Positions 62,875 to 64,000 of a stretch of DNA of 64,000 bases are shown in pieces. The notes under the pieces are model-generated. The model was not told the origin of the DNA. It did no database searches and saw only the letters and a program-made list of their open reading frames with translations. The stretch is from Octopus bimaculoides (Eukaryota), in NCBI RefSeq assembly GCF_001194135.2, contig NC_069006.1:22168109-22232108 (forward strand). The letters run 5' to 3'. How positions within the stretch are numbered: the first letter of the stretch is position 1; each line of letters begins with the position of its first letter. Both the position numbers and the translations under genes were made by a program.

Positions 62875-63535
62875 CCATATTTGGGAGCATAAAAGACCCA
62901 CAGGTATATCAGACGCACCCCAATTTCAGCAGCGCATACTCAGAGAAATTTTTAACGCATAAAACCTGTAATATCTAAAGCAAACTGGCAGTACATTACA
63001 GAAGTAGCTTAGCATATAGTAGAAAATACTATAGTATATAAAAAGTGAGTTATTAGGGTATCAGGCTTCATAGAAGAGACTGTCTGAGGTAAAATTAGCT
63101 TTTAGTAGTGAGCGTTAAGGTCAAAATTAGCTTATGGAAGGTCCAACTTCGCGTATAAGATACAGTGTGATTTTTGAGGCGTTTTTTTTTCCTTTTTGGA
63201 ACCAATGCCATCACAGATGGTGCTAACTTTTTAATAGAGCATTTTTTCATCATACTTTTGAAGTTCGATTCTGTGTATTTGAAGATCCTGATCTCTCTTT
63301 TCCTCGTTCACTAAGGCTTTCTCTGAGTCAAAGCTTGTTAGAGCTGCTGCGATTTTCCATGTTATCAACAAAGTATTACGGTATTTGATAGCATATGAAA
63401 CACACTTGGATTTATAAAAATATTTTATTTCTTTTGAAAAAGTCTCAAAAATTTACCCTGGACTTTCCTGAATATGCACGGTTGAAATTGGGGTACGTCT
63501 AAGACGCCCGTGGGTCTTTGAGGCCATCAAATACT
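62875..63535. mobile_element. pogo/Tc2-type non-autonomous element with long imperfect TIRs
   Basis: 62892-62930 pairs with 63481-63519 at 32/39; the outer ends resemble CCGTATTT...TATAAGACGCAC termini. Confidence 0.6.
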
Positions 63536-63948
63536 TAAAACGAGGGTGTCACGTACCCAAAACTATGGGGAAATAGGGCTAAAAAAAACCATAGAAAACA
63601 GTGTCTTAGACTTCGTACAAAGAGCACAAATTTTGAGTAGGGGTGTAATCTATTACCGCTACTTTTATCGACCTTCAAAGGATGAAATTTAATTTTAACA
63701 TTAGAACATTAGTAGCAACATTAGAATATGAAAGAGTAAAGGATAGTGTTGTCTGAAGACATAGGCATACTGGGCAGTTACCCGGGATCCACACGAGTCT
63801 TGGTGGCATTTCATTTTAAATAAAGGATAGGCATTACAGGAAAGCTCGCAACACCTGTAACTACTGCCTACGGTACCCTAGAGCAGAAATAGCGAACCCG
63901 CGATCTCTCCCAGACCATAAACGCACCCGTAACTGTCGTATATATATC

Positions 63949-64000
<52 letters not shown>

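Noticed and set aside
1-64000. ORF-track entries rich in [16 protein letters not shown], or X runs
   Set aside because: They are translations of microsatellites and N-gaps, not genes.

Overview
This is AT-rich, repeat-saturated eukaryotic DNA from a scaffold assembly with about 12 N-gaps. The SINE families and extreme (TA)n/(CA)n/(GATA)n density suggest an octopus genome; this comes from pattern recognition, not a database search. There is no intact long ORF, rRNA, true tRNA or CRISPR array. Most of the ORF track is microsatellite or N-run artefact. Recognisable content: dozens of copies of at least four SINE families; decayed piggyBac, Tc1, mariner, DD37D/maT-like and pogo/Tc2-like DNA transposons; fragments of Tx1/L1, CR1/L2-group, RTE and possibly Penelope retroelements; and several foldback structures. 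The best-supported large-scale signal is a CpG-decay boundary near 41 kb. One SINE family kept about 1 of 50 CpG sites left of it and about 18 of 30 right of it (hand count). Candidate minus-strand exons at 44.7, 43.5 and 42.8 kb sit at this boundary, and small exon candidates lie further left (14.7 kb, 1.3 kb). This fits the 5' end of a long-intron, gene-body-methylated minus-strand gene that I could not identify. All exon calls rest on splice signals alone. I found no clearly novel biological system. Repeat coordinates are approximate (about +/-20 bp).
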